Numbered from the stretch's first letter, positions 40,260 through 54,661 are shown. The stretch is DNA of 64,000 bases from Octopus vulgaris (GCA_951406725.2 OX597828.1:32674001-32738000), one strand, 5' to 3'. Program-made: numbers and translations. Notes: a model not told the origin generated them from the letters alone.

Positions 40260-42340
40260 AAATGATAAAATAGAAGAAAATACAGCAACTGGTATAAACT
40301 TGTGGGTTTGTGTCCCACAAAAGACAAACGTTCAACTAGATGTATAGTTCCCTGTAGCTAGGATAAGATTAGCCAGATTCTGGAAAAGTACACTAGGATA
40401 GAGGATTAGAGAGGGGTACATCACCTCGGTAACAAGTCCGCACGTGGCTTATATAAACTAATACAACGAATAAAGAATATGGAGGTTGTTTACCTCCCGC
40501 AGACAAGGCCGACAGAATGTCGATAGACAATCCGTCGAACCACATCCAGGTAATACAATCCCACATCACAACCATGCGAGAGACAATAGAAACACTTGTG
40601 GAGAACACAAAGTTTCTCAATGCCCACATAATGATGCGGTCAAACATACAAGGACCAAAGAAAAGCACGGCCAACAACTTCCAAACCATGAATAACGGCA
40701 TCCCAGCCTGCCCTGTATGGACTCCACAAGGTTCATTAAGTGACCACTGTCCCAGTGGCAGGACCACTAGCAATGCCAATCTCTGGACCTAAAAATGATA
40801 GCTACTACAGAATCTTCTACTTCCACTCTATCATCATACACTCCATAATCAAAATGTACCCGGATGTGTGTAACAGCTCAGAAGACTTCCTCGCAGAATC
40901 GAGGAGTGCAACCACCCCTGAGACCTGACAGAATGCGTAATACGCAGTATGGCTTTTGTACCATTATACTTATCCATCAATCTTGATTCTGCTTTGCAGA
41001 AATGCATAGAGATGATCAACAAGTGCGTCGTGGGGTGTCGTGGGGTTGACAAAGAAGAATTTGTCATCCCCCCTCCATAGATTTATGTGTGACAAAGCGT
41101 ACCTTAACAAACACGAAGTTAACTGTTTCTGCGCAGGTGGGTCAGTAAGTAGGAGACACCTACTGAAGCGTCAGAGCCGACGAAGACTCCTATAGAAAGG
41201 TAGATCAAATGAACTGGAACCACACATTCCCCAGAAAATTAAGATTAGGTGAGAAAAATTGTTGTACATGCGGTAGATGCGAGTACCAAAGTTACACTAA
41301 AGAGCCACATGCTCAACTTTAATAACAAAGGAGAGGGGGACAGTGCAGCTATCGGCACCGCTGGCGTTGTGGTTAACATTCTTATGGTATGGTGGGATAA
41401 GAGACTGAAACATCGCTTAGCAGAAAGCATCATAACCTAAACCATGTACTCGCACTGTGTGGATGACATTAACGTAGTAGCAAAAGCAACTCTAAAAGAC
41501 TCCAGCCATCGGATTATTAAATTAGCAGTACATTACCGTAGTAAGTACCCTAAGTATTGATTACCTGGTTGAAAGTCAGAACTTTTGCTGGAAAGTCGGA
41601 ATAACAAGGTCCAGTTTCTTCACTTTCACTATGCCAAATCCATGGCCTCTAAACGCCATGGATTATGAGGGTATGGCAATCAAAAATACCAGAGTGTCAT
41701 GTTCGTTGGTGCTACACCTGGAGTCGAACTAGCACATCACTTTAGGTAAACCTGAGATAAACAAAAACCGATCTGTAAAACATATGCATTTAAAAGAACC
41801 TCCTGTAGGGATATCAGCTCTATAGTATATAGAATAATCCCAGAGATAAACTGTAAAACTAAGTATGTAGATTATTGTGTAAGGTGCACTGAGGGACGGT
41901 GCAGAAATAGATAAATGGCATACTTTCATACATTGGGGAGACAGCAGGCAACATATTTGAAATAATGAGAGATTATTGGCAGGAAATCAAGGAGAAGGAA
42001 AGCTCATCACTGTTCTACTAACATAAACAATTAGAACATGGAATTTCGGTTGATAACTTAGACGTTAAGATATCATCGACATATAGTACGAGCACGACAC
42101 ACGGAAAGTTTACAGAGGCCTCACACATAGTCGTAAATAAATCGAACCTTAACAGAGAATGTGAATGGAATAATAACAACCCCCATTCAACCACACTACG
42201 CATCCTGATGACTAAAAACAATGAAAAGAGGAACCTAAATGATCCCGGCACAAACAGTATAATGCATAGACCCATATACATATACAAAAGACAACACAAT
42301 TGTAATGTCCATTAGAGATATTCTAAACCCATAGATTGTA
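40260..42340 (+). mobile_element. heavily decayed Penelope-like element, Naiad-like
   Basis: LYGLHKVH; AIG..G.VVNILMVWWDKRL; CVDDINV; HYAKSMAS; SVMFVGATPG.EL; YIGETAGN..HKQLEHG; TEA..LNRECEW; boundaries approximate. Confidence 0.7.
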
Positions 42341-42362
42341 TACTTATTTTGATATATATATA

Positions 42363-42557
42363 TCTGGCGATTTTGTTTCCTCTGTCTTCCTTTCTCGGGA
42401 TCTTTCCTTCTCCTATGTTTCCGACGAGGAAGCTCCGCTCGAAACGTTGAACTCCTCTTCTTTCCTGAGCGTCCAATAATACTTTATTTGTTCCACGTCC
42501 TCGCGTTGTTGTGTTTTTTTTGTTGTTTTTTTTTGTGTTTTCTTGTTTGGATTAACT
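42363..42557 (+). mobile_element. Penelope-type pLTR remnant with degenerate minimal hammerhead
   Basis: ttt-CCGACGA-ggaagctccgctc-GAAACGTT-gaac at 42418-42452, then an AT tail and (TA)n. Confidence 0.55.
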
Positions 42558-43740
42558 ATATATATATATATATTGCCTGGACTCTAGGTGAATTGTTAAC
42601 TATTTACATTGTTGCTAATAACTTTCTATCTAAATAAATCTAGCCTAACTCAGATTTCGGTTTCTCTACTTCGTTGTATGCTCCTTTGGTTTCTTATTAT
42701 CAATTTCATTATTATGGCATTTGATGTTGCACTACAACTGTAAGTATTGCTTTCGTGTATGAATGTGTCTATGCGTGTATGCATACGTATGTAGGCGTTT
42801 ATGTAAAATAGCGTTTATATATGTATGTGTGTGTATTATGAATGTATGTGTGCGTGCGCGTGTTTATGTGTGTGTATGTGTAGTTATTGCTGCAGCTTAT
42901 CAAATAGTTATCGATGAAAAACAACAGAGTTATTGACAGGTTACCCATGAGACATTGCGAATAACCGAGTAAATTACCTCATTCGTCAATCAATTTCTTT
43001 ATCTAACTGTCCAAAAGTAAACATAATATTTAATTGATGTGGGAGATGGTATTCCCGTACACGTGAATCGCCATTGAGGGGAAAGCAGCAGAGTAGAGTC
43101 CTAAATGAAATTTGAGATGAATGTGTCAAAAAATTTATCGTTATTTTTTTCATTCGCATTTTTATTTATTTATTTGTTCTTGCTCATAACTTATTACTTC
43201 CATTTTAACGTTTCAGCTCTTACTTATTTATCAGCTCATTAACTGTAATGAGTTTATTGGTAAAGCGTTGTGAAGTTAAGCTACAGTTTATAGAGATTAA
43301 TATCGTATTTATTCGTTTTATTTCGTTTTTATGTTGCGTGTTGTAATGTGTATATGAAATAGAGAACTGATAATTATATAAATAAATAAAATATAAATAC
43401 ACAAACAAACTAGAATAACTAACGTTAATATCCTTAACAACATTTATATTCTGAATAATTCCATTAAGATAAGCACGGTCTATGTAATACGAATACTTCG
43501 CAGCTTTGTTCTAGAATTACCAGTTTAATACTAGTTATTATTACGCAGGCATTATAGATGACCATAACAAAGTTGTTTTAGACGCAAACTTATTTGAAAT
43601 AACGAGAAGAAAAAAACAAATGAAATAAATAGGAAATACGCTCATGTGGGAATGAAAACACAGACATTGGTTTCCTGTCATCTGACATTTGTGCAAATAA
43701 ATAATTGCATCATGTCACTCTGTAACCGTTTACTTTCCCA

Positions 43741-44125
<385 letters not shown>

Positions 44126-44770
44126 CACACACAACCACGCATACATTCATGCATACAAACACATATACGTACATACAGACATATACATGTGTGTGTATTT
44201 CTGTAGGCATGCATGTATGTATAGGTGAATATATCTATTTATATGTATTTGTATTTGTATTTTTTCAGATTTCTATCAGATTTTTTTTCAGATTTATATG
44301 ATTGTTACTACAATTGTATCCAAGGTCAGCAACAACTGTAATATCCTTTCCTCAAGGATTATGGAAATCTTTTGAGAATGAAATCATTGTATAGTGCCAT
44401 TAATCAAAATACTTTGTGAAAAATACTTGGCACTGTTTTCTTGTTCTGTTACATTTGGAAGTTAAAAATCTCGATTATATTCTTTTAGATCTTTCTCCTC
44501 CAATAATCAGTTTGACAATGCATAATATTTACAGTGTATAAACGTCTCACAAGAGGAGGTTTTATTCTTACATACAAAAAACTCTAATTCTTTAAAAGGA
44601 ACTGAGGTGGATATATCTGATAAATATTTTTCCATAGCCTGCAAGAGAGGAGCCGCGCAAGAAGAAGGAATACTATCGACAAAACTCGAACCTAGATGTT
44701 GTCTTCACACTACACGAGCGTATCCACTGCTCATCTACAGTATACAAATAGATTAAAATATATATTATAA

Positions 44771-44771
<1 letters not shown>

Positions 44772-44831
<60 letters not shown>

Positions 44832-44852
44832 TATTATTATTATTATTATTAT

Positions 44853-44920
<68 letters not shown>
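44772..44920. repeat. (ATT)n(AGT)n microsatellite
   Basis: directly visible. Confidence 0.95.
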
Positions 44921-44923
<3 letters not shown>

Positions 44924-46306
44924 TATATAGCACGATTCAGAGCGTTAATCTATTTCTACAGATGATTTAATTTCAACATAATTATTTTGAATGAGAATTA
45001 AAATAATAACTGATATTGCTAATAATTAAATACTCACTAATGAGTAAATAATTAGTAGTAATTATTTCTCAGATAAACACATGCGCACAACTTTCTTTAA
45101 AAAGATGCATCAACGAATGATTCAAGCCCTTTATAAACCTTGCACTTATTAACTAGGAACCAGCGGTAAAAGGGGAAAAAGTGTTATCGGTGAAATCTTA
45201 ATGTGATGGAATTAAGTAATGAGATGTATATCCCCCACCCACCATGTATGTAATGGTTTTGATGCTGCTCTGTACTTAGAGAACTTTATAATTAACGAAT
45301 GTATGTTTGCTACCACTTTAAGTCTTGAAAATGAACTGATATTAAAGAATAAGTTTTGAGACAGTATGTAACTAAATTTAGCCACCTAAGTTTAGCCAAG
45401 TTTAGTAGCATATTGTGTTAGAGGGATATAAATACTTCTATGCACTAGATAAAAGTTCCTGAAATCAGTTTAGTACGGTTTAGTTAAATCGGTTTATTTC
45501 CTTAAATAGGTTTTTTGGTAATTACTAGTTATAGGTTTCAATTCTTACCATTTGCAAGAAAATTAACATTTGTGTTCATAGAATTTTTGTGGTGAAGGCT
45601 GTTTATTTTATCTAATATCGGCCTTCTGTAAAGCAACTTGAACTTATATCACATTAAAATATTATAACACACTATTCCTGGCCTGAATCTCTTAGCACAT
45701 CGGATATCGAATTCCTATTTCAGAGATTAATAACCACTAAATTTTGTGTTGCGTTAGCGAACATCTGACGTGTGTACAAAACTTATTTCTTCATCGCTTT
45801 TGCTCATACACCTGTAAATAGGTAGCGAACGATATCATCAACCACTGAATGGCATCAATATTGGAGAGTTGATGCAAAATTTATTATACTGTTGCCCTTC
45901 TTGCAAATTTGTAATTCATTTCCATATGCTTTATTTCCTGGTGTTTTGCTTCAAATCGACTCGCCAACAACTATTAAGCCAAAGTAGGGTCTTCAAGAGC
46001 ATCGAAAGTGATTCTTATAATAAACTGTATATTATATTTTTAAGAGATTTATTGCTTTTGTTGCTGCAGTTCTTCTGGATGCGAAATTTCCATGAACCCT
46101 CAACGTGCCGAATTCAAATCCGGCAGATGTCGATCAAAATATAGCATTAGTCAAGTCCGGGATAAAATGACTTTGACCAACACTTTCTGTCAAAATATTG
46201 CCAGGCTTATACATACATATATTAGAAAGATTATTAATATCCTCATCGGCGATGGAGTCGTCGTCATTATCAGCTTCATCATGAGTATTATTATTATTAT
46301 TATTAA

Positions 46307-46384
<78 letters not shown>

Positions 46385-46391
46385 CATTATT

Positions 46392-46432
<41 letters not shown>

Positions 46433-46434
<2 letters not shown>

Positions 46435-46612
46435 GAAAATTCTGAGCTTAATTTACTGGGTATATTGGAAAATGTCAGCTACCCACAGCCAGCAGACTAA
46501 AGTGGCACTTGTTCGCTGACAATGCTTCAAGGACCCTGCAAAGAAATCTCGCAGTTCCAAGTAACGATTTTTGTAGCTGTTCTATCTTTACATTCGTACC
46601 AATTTTTTTATG
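46433..46612 (-). mobile_element. R4/Dong-like 3' end abutting (TAA)n
   Basis: minus strand KIEQLQKSLLGTARFLCRVLE, followed by a 3' UTR and (TAA)n at 46285-46432. Confidence 0.75.
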
Positions 46613-46619
46613 CCTTGTT

Positions 46620-46765
46620 GAGAGTCGAGTTCAAATGCCCTCCAGGTCGCCTTTGCCTTTCATAAACTTGAGGTCGTTAAACGAGTACCATTTAAGTATT
46701 GGCGTTGATGAAGCTAGCTAAATCACGTCCCCGACTTTTTAGGTCTTGGGCCTGTAGTAGAAATG
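46620..46765 (+). mobile_element. SINE family B fragment
   Basis: gagttcaaat..aggtcgcctttgcctttcat..gtacca..gtagtagaaa. Confidence 0.6.
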
Positions 46766-47182
46766 AATATAATTATCATCACCATCTTCATCACCACTAC
46801 CATTATCATCATTACAACAACAACAACAACTGCTACTACTACTTCTATCGTTGCTGCAGCTGCTACTATTGATGCAGCATTTGATGTTCATGTTCTTATT
46901 GATGTTATTTTAGATGCAACAATCTGTTATGGTTATTACTTTAAGTTACTATTCCTCTTATCATTCATTGGTCTATCTCTATCTTTAATCAATATAATAT
47001 CTAGCAGTTGTGGCATACCTAGACTGATATGATCTCAGACAAACGAAAGCCAGTCGCAAAGATATGGCTTGCATGTAACGTGTTACTCTAGTAGGCCATA
47101 TTATAATAGTCACAGCATATAAAGTATTCGTTATTGAAATATTAAAGCTTGTATATATTTATATTTGAACTTCCACGTTTAC

Positions 47183-47349
47183 CTTCGGCGTGATCTCCAA
47201 GTAAAACCTCCATTCAGGCGCGGAATGGATACAGTTCTTGCTAATGCCCACTTTGCGTATGGTGTTCCATGGTACATCGCCTCGAGCACTTGGCAGATAG
47301 GCTTTGAATATACGCAGGGACGTCCATACTTTTGGCAGATAAAATTTTT
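47183..47349 (-). CDS. candidate internal coding exon of an unidentified host gene
   Basis: tttcag|...AAG|gtaaac splice signals; 167 nt; GC well above flanks; open frame KFYLPKVWTSLRIFKAYLPSARGDVPWNTIRKVGISKNCIHSAPEWRFYLEITPK; no TE motif recognised. Confidence 0.45.
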
Positions 47350-47365
47350 CTGAAACTCAGTTTTA

Positions 47366-47437
<72 letters not shown>

Positions 47438-47525
47438 GGGAATATTATTCCAAACATACAGGGAAAAATTCAATTTAGAAATACTAAATTAAATTTCACA
47501 AAATAATATATATATATATATATAT

Positions 47526-47573
<48 letters not shown>

Positions 47574-47600
47574 TTTGATATATATATACATAGAGAGAGC

Positions 47601-47634
<34 letters not shown>

Positions 47635-48017
47635 GAGACGAATATACTTACATGCATACATTCCTTTATACATACAGCATATATGTATGAATGTATGTAT
47701 GTACGGGTATACACTTAAATGTACATAATAGTTTGGATGAATTATTCCTTAAATATGAACAATATGTGAAAACACGGTATAGAATTGTATTTCGTCAAAG
47801 AAGTTTCCGTTAAGTAAATACACTTGTACAACCATTCATACATGGATACACGTGTGTGTATGTGTATACATACATGTGTGTGTATACATACATGTGTGTG
47901 TGTGTATACATAACATGTATATATTTCTGTTTTGCATCAATAATGAGAGTTATTAATACATATATAAAATGAAAGAGGGTTTGATATATATATGTGTGTG
48001 TGTATATATGTATAAAC

Positions 48018-48059
<42 letters not shown>

Positions 48060-48377
48060 CATACACATTATATATACATAATATACATACACATATTCAA
48101 AAATATACGGGCATAGTATTATGAATACTGTTCAAACAATTGATGGAAAATTCTAACGTATTAACTACGCTACTGACTGCAAATTGCTTTCCTGTGTGTC
48201 TTTGTTGATATCTCCGTTGCTATGCAATATTCCGAATGATTCTCCTTGATATTTCAATTATATTGAGAATTTCGCAAAAACATCCTATTTCCTTCTCATT
48301 CAGTCGTAGTACATTTGTCATGCAAGGAACATAGTGTTATAGTGTATTGACAATTTTTTCAAAATTTTCTTCTTCTT

Positions 48378-48418
<41 letters not shown>

Positions 48419-50771
48419 CACACAATTTTATAAGCGTTAGAAAATGTCCTGTTTCTATGTACTTTTACGTATTCATTTGTCTGTTTTTGTTGTTACTATT
48501 GATGTTACTTTTGCGGTTCAACGAGTGCTGTGTATAAGTTGTTTCTTTTTGATTTTTTGTTTTTCGTTCCCAGTTGTATTCCCTTACAAGGCAGCAAATA
48601 ATTTCACACACGAATGGTATCACATGACTCATTCTGAAGAATCCACGGCTTAACCTCTGTGTTAATTTTTGGTAAATAAAATAATTGGCCATAAGAGAAA
48701 TTGATTTTTCTGGGATTGATACCAAATAGAGTTGGTACGTAGAAAAATTACAAAAAGATGATATCCATATATGGCGTATATGCATAGTGCTCAACGAAAA
48801 TATTGAGAGTTCGATGTCCATCACATACATACACGCATATATACATACACACATACATATATGTATAAAATCACATTTACCCAAGTTTGCAAATTCGTTT
48901 GAATATTAAATGGCTTGAAATTATCGCTCTTCCTTCCTAAAGTCCCTAACAATTTCGTCAGATCTTTTTTCCGGCCTCTGATTCAAATGTAAATTTCAGT
49001 AAAGAATGTATAATGTACAGCATGACGACAATCTAACTTAATAATCTAGAGTAGTGCCAGCGTTTCCGTTGAGTCGTTTCTCTTAAATCCTACTTAGTAT
49101 TATTTTTACAGATTAATTCATTCGAATAATTTGCTCCTCTATACGACAATGGAACAAGCTAAATCATTAGGCAAGATAATGTCGAACTGTTTTGCAGTTC
49201 TCAAGTGACGTGGAATGTATCCTTAGTAATGCTCCGCCTGCAAATAAGAATCTGATTTTGTTTTCTCTCGCATGCAAACGCACCCGAAAATTTATTTTTA
49301 ATGTTTTGCAATTATCTCTATATCATGCTAATGTTTGTTAATAATTGCTGGAGGAGTTTTGTGTACTATCTCATGCGCAGAGAGAAAATTATTTCAAATA
49401 AAATATCGTGCTTTACAACATACATGAAAAACCGATTTGCAAATTCACACAAGCCGCGTGCTCAAATACACACACAAACACATAGCTGTAGACACACATA
49501 CTTGCATTCATGCATATGTGTTATTATATCTGAAGGCTACACTAGCTGGTGATGTAATGAGTGAAGATGATATTGCATTCTATAATACGGTGATGTGCAG
49601 TATAATATTTTCAAGCGACGGTAAGTGACACGTGATTGAACCAAAACAAAATTTATGTTACATTAATATTTAATATACTGGATAAAATGCATGTAGCATT
49701 GAAGTGTAACTTGAGGTAATAAAACACCACGAAACCGTAAATGAAATCAAAATGAGTTGAGGTGGCAGAAATATCAAAGAATAATTTGAGTAAAATAACT
49801 GACTATATGTGTAATGGACGATACCGTAGTATTAATGATATTATAGTATCAAAAAAAATTGCTTAGGTAAGCTGAAACTCATAAAATTGGATGGAAATTA
49901 TGTTTTGAAGTTAATGAGTTCTACGTTGGTCTTCGCGATAAGATATTCAGTCTTTTGACTCGGTGAATATTTATATAAGTATTATTCCTCTCACAAGTGT
50001 ACTTCGTACGAAATTCTATCTGAAACTGCGCCACGCAATATGTTTCCAGCAACGAACCATGAGAAGCAAAAAGGTTATTGCACGAAATTCTAACAAATGG
50101 AAAGGAGTTGTAGACGGTTTTAATGGAATTATATAGAAATGAATTTTTACTAACATAACTAGATGCAGGAATATCTAGGCGCAGGTGTAGATAGAAGTGA
50201 TAGCTAAATAGAAAATAAATGTACATACAAAAAATAAATGACTTTATAAAACGTAACGAAATGTAATAGAGATTTTGTAATAAATACCTTATATAATTTT
50301 TGTGAGCCTAGAAGGCCACAAAGAGAGACTGAACGGGAGAACATTAATGAAGTGTAAATGTGTTATGCTATTTTTTCGTTAGTATATTCTTTGTGGTTTA
50401 CTATGATTTACTTCATACAAGGATGGGTTTTCTTCTTCGCATCTCCCCCAATCATTTCCCATAACCATGATTATATCTAATCTATTGTAACGTGCTTTGT
50501 TACACATTGATTTCCATAAATCTGTCTAGCTGAGCTCAAGAAAATAACCATTTTCTTTTGCATAATTAGCATAGGGTTCCATTTACCACAAGGTCACATT
50601 TTTTTTGTCGATAATAACAAAATTTCTTCCATCTTTATTGCATTTAGGGCTCTCTTCTGGTTCCCAGCATAACTATCTATTAATAGCTTAACATAAAAGT
50701 GGTAATTGTTGCGATTATCTTTAAAATGGCCATATGTAGACAAAATGGCTGCTGATTTATCATTTGATAAT

Positions 50772-50828
50772 ATTACTTCCCGGCCACAGTCACCTCTATG
50801 GCTCCATAGAGGTGACTGTGGAAGTAAT
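50772..50828. repeat. near-perfect palindrome (18-bp perfect stem, 2-nt loop)
   Basis: ccacagtcacctctatgg-ct-ccatagaggtgactgtgg, extended by attactt/aagtaat. Confidence 0.9.
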
Positions 50829-51152
50829 GTGCAGCCATGTTACTCCCACAGCTTTGACGCTCCACGTATCTCAAATTTTATTAAATTTGCTTTGGGGGAG
50901 CAATTGCGTTGACGAAGACGCATCTTGTTGCAATGGGGAGTAGGTAAAACTACCAACAACTGAGGATGGGTTGTTTTTTTATGCTGCCTTCGCGCTATAG
51001 TTCTCTTTTTATAATTGAAATTCTTTCTTTCCTCTCCTTCCGAGTCGAGTCGAGTCGGGTGCTAGAAAGTGTTCAGCGGTAGAGTTTCCGTATTTCATGA
51101 TTGTTTTTTATTTTGTTAACGATTGTTGATGTCCTGTGCCCACATATGTCTG

Positions 51153-51200
<48 letters not shown>

Positions 51201-51622
51201 TATGCACATGTATGTATATATATCCCTATATACATACATGCCCACACCACATATATGCCCATACCCCAAAACCACCACCACCAACACACCACACACCACC
51301 AGAACACAACACAACATACCACACATCACAACACCACACCACATCACACCACATCACACTACCTCGCACACACTAGCACTGAACATTTCCCAGCACCCAC
51401 AACCTCATCGACACAACTACACATGCACATACTCACATGTCAAGGTCACCAGACCCCTATCTACACGCTCTCACATACACAGGCACCCGCTACTTCGCCT
51501 TCTTCCTAGCTCTCTTGTCTAACCACTACTCTCCGCCCATCACAATGATTGGTCGCTAGCAAGTAAACATTTTCTGTTCCTTTCTGTTTAAGAGCGTTAA
51601 ACTAATAAACCTGTTTCTTGTT

Positions 51623-51890
51623 CATTATTTACATTATTTACATTTGACGGATAATTGTCCACATCTTGCTTCTTGTTAACACAACGTTTCGGCCGATATA
51701 CTCTCCAGCCTTCATCAGGTGTTTTGGGAAAATTTCCAATCTTAGTTCTCATTCCTAAGCTATTTTTCGATGTTATTATTATTATTGTTGTTGTTGTTAT
51801 TGTTATTGTTATTGTTATTGTTATTGTTGTTATTGTTGTTGTTATTGCTGTTTTTTATTGTTGTTGTTATTGTTGTTGTTTTTGTTGTCG

Positions 51891-51929
<39 letters not shown>

Positions 51930-51999
51930 TCACTGCCTGGAATCGAATTCGGAATCTTGGGGTTAGTAGCCGCGCTCTCAACCACTACGCCATATGTCC
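51623..51999 (-). mobile_element. tRNA-headed, hammerhead-bearing short element (copy 1)
   Basis: tRNA-Arg-like head 51928-51999 (A box TGGCGTAGTGG, B box-like ATTCGATTCC), (AAT/AAC)n spacer, HHR 51678-51723. Confidence 0.8.
51678..51723 (-). ncRNA. minimal type I hammerhead ribozyme
   Basis: AACAC-CUGAUGA-a-GGCUGG-agaguaua-UCGGCC-GAAA-CG-UU-GUGUU; 5-bp stem I, 6-bp stem II, palindromic AACGUU stem III. Confidence 0.7.
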
Positions 52000-52000
52000 G

Positions 52001-52080
<80 letters not shown>

Positions 52081-52166
52081 TAATTTGTTTATTGACCTCA
52101 AGGGCTAACAAAAATCAATTAAAACATAAAACACAGGACGAATGTTACAAAGGGTTTTGTCCGCTT

Positions 52167-52353
52167 ACAACAACATCGAAAAATACCTTACGAATGAGAA
52201 CCCCGGTTCGAAATTTCCCCAAGACACCTGATGAAGGTTGGAGAGTATATCAGCCGAAGCGTTGTGTTACCAACAAACAAGATGAGGACAAATATCCGTC
52301 ATATGTAAATATTGTAAATAATGTACATAATTCTTCATAGCTTAAATATAGAA
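52167..52353 (+). mobile_element. inverted copy of the hammerhead-containing 3' part of the same element
   Basis: reverse complement of 51623-51775; HHR 52223-52268 with GAAA->GAAG; extra 3' extension ..cttaaatatagaa. Confidence 0.8.
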
Positions 52354-52500
52354 ATCTACAAATTTAGCAAAGTAGCGATGAAATGGTGAAATCAATAATC
52401 TACTTTGAAAACAATGGTGCTAATTCCATATTTTCACCCCAAGTCAGTCCTAGATGCGTAAAGCATTTATCATTGGCTAGGACTATATTATAGTATGTTT

Positions 52501-52812
52501 GGGCATTGTGAGTCTTTATTGAGCGAAAACACCTAAAGCTCCACGAGGCTCCGACAGGGGCTGGTGGTGAACCCTGCTGTACTCTTTCACCACAACTTTC
52601 TCTCACTCTTTCTTCCCGTTTCTCTTGTACTTGTATTTCAAAGGGCCGGCCTTGTCACTCTCTGTGTCACGATGAATCTCCTCGAGAACTACGTTAAGGG
52701 TACACGTGTCTGTGGAGTGCTCAGCCACTTGCACGTTAATATCACGAGCAAGCTGTTCCGTTGATCGTATCAGCTGGGACCCTCATCGTCGAAACCGACG
52801 GAGTGCTCCAAC
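52501..52812 (+). mobile_element. 5'-truncated SINE/LINE-derived retroposon with 15-bp TSD
   Basis: tattatagtatgttt repeated at 52486-52500 and 52813-52827; 3' stem-loop cgtcg-aaac-cgacg. Confidence 0.8.
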
Positions 52813-54492
52813 TATTATAGTATGTTTCCTCTTCTTTTAAAAAGAGTAGAATCTGGTTTGAATCAGATTCTAGCCGGACGAATGATCGCAAAATACAATT
52901 TCCTCGTTGGTGCTGCTCTTGCTACTTAGTAGTAGGTTCCATTTGATGAAGGAATCGTGTGAACAGAGTGATCGACCTGGCTATTTTCTATTGGCAGGTA
53001 ATTCAGAACCATATTCCATGATATGTTCTTTCCTACTAAGTTTAAGTGTGACGTGAGAGATGATTATTATTTCAAGCCCGTCGTATAACCCTGTAGAGAC
53101 TACCTCAGAGGCTCGATTTGTTGGTTGAACCGAATACTGTTATCTGACAAGTAAATCTTGCAGATAGCTTTGCCCATCATTTAACTGGTTCTGTAACTAC
53201 AGTTTCCACACACCCTACATCATATATTATGTAATAAACTGTCTCTATATTCTGGTAAAATATGACTTTTTTGTCACGCATTTTGTTGATGTATAATAAT
53301 AAACATTTGCTTCTTCCTAGTAAAATTATATATTTTCCTGTGAGATGAAAACCAAAAGAGATTTGTGATTTCGCTTTCTACTATATATATATTATAGGCA
53401 GGGAAAAGTTTCAGGAAATAAGATGCTGCTCCAGTTCAAAGATGGTCGGATTTACTTCCCTGAACAAACACATCATCTTCCTTTATGTTTGTTTCATATA
53501 TCCGTATGCACAGATACAGCATAAATCAAGACAATGAAATCCATTGCAATAGCTAAAAGATGCAATAAACATGTAAATCATTGTTTGGCTTTGTAAAAAT
53601 AAAATTCATGTCTGCTCTGGTTATACTATTTCATAGATTACGTTCCTCGTGTAGGATGTACATGGCGTTTAGTATATTTTATGAGGAATATCTTTAAAGA
53701 AGTTTTCTTGATTATTTTTTTCCTATTCTTTTTGGTGGGCTTCTCGATTTGATAACTCAGAACAAAGCTTTGTAGGACCTTATTACTGAAACAGATACTC
53801 TTTCTCTAAAATGTATTTTACTTACTTTTATCGTTGCTAGTAAAAGATAGCGTAAATTATGTCTATAATATCAGCAGTAAAATATCAGCCAGTGATTTTG
53901 GTACTCAGTGTAATGTTTTATATACCAAATCCTTTTGCCATTCTTTTTCTTTCATTCCTGATAAGAGAGAGATAAACGTGGATTTCTGGGTAATATAACA
54001 TCATTTTAGAAACCGATTATTTTAACGAGTATCTTCTGTGTGATCAACTCACAAAATTATTGCAGTATTTAGATTCAATACTATATGTACAAAAAATCAC
54101 ACAAAATACTCTCACAAAAATTTCCAAATGCATACATGGACACAAGTACAAAGTTCAAAAGATATATGTGTGTATGTTTGTTTGTGTGTATGTATATTTG
54201 CATTCTATTATCCCTTGCATTTGCAAACACATATCACGCTATTCTGTATATTTATGGCTGCGTACAAAGCGCCGGTAACTTCTGCATTTAACGGTAGAAT
54301 AAAGGTTTTGATAGATCTTATGCCGACACTAACAAGTAGTTGAAAACTAGCAAATAGTTGGAACACCAAATTTCGAATGGTTCATGTAATTCCATTTCAA
54401 AGAAAATTTGCACAAGAGAGGAGTTACCTCACGACAAACTCTTTACTCACATTAATACATAAACACATACACACACAGGCATATATACATAA

Positions 54493-54551
<59 letters not shown>

Positions 54552-54661
54552 CCAGGCATGATTCATAAAGCAAAAATCCACCAAACGTATTCATAAACCA
54601 GATGTAGAACGATATAAATTGACAAGCATGTTCTATAGACTAAAGGAATTCACATTTTAAG

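Noticed and set aside
51928-51999. Functional tRNA gene (also 55351-55423 and the SINE A heads)
   Set aside because: Acceptor and T stems pair poorly, no T-run terminator, fused to repeat bodies: SINE heads
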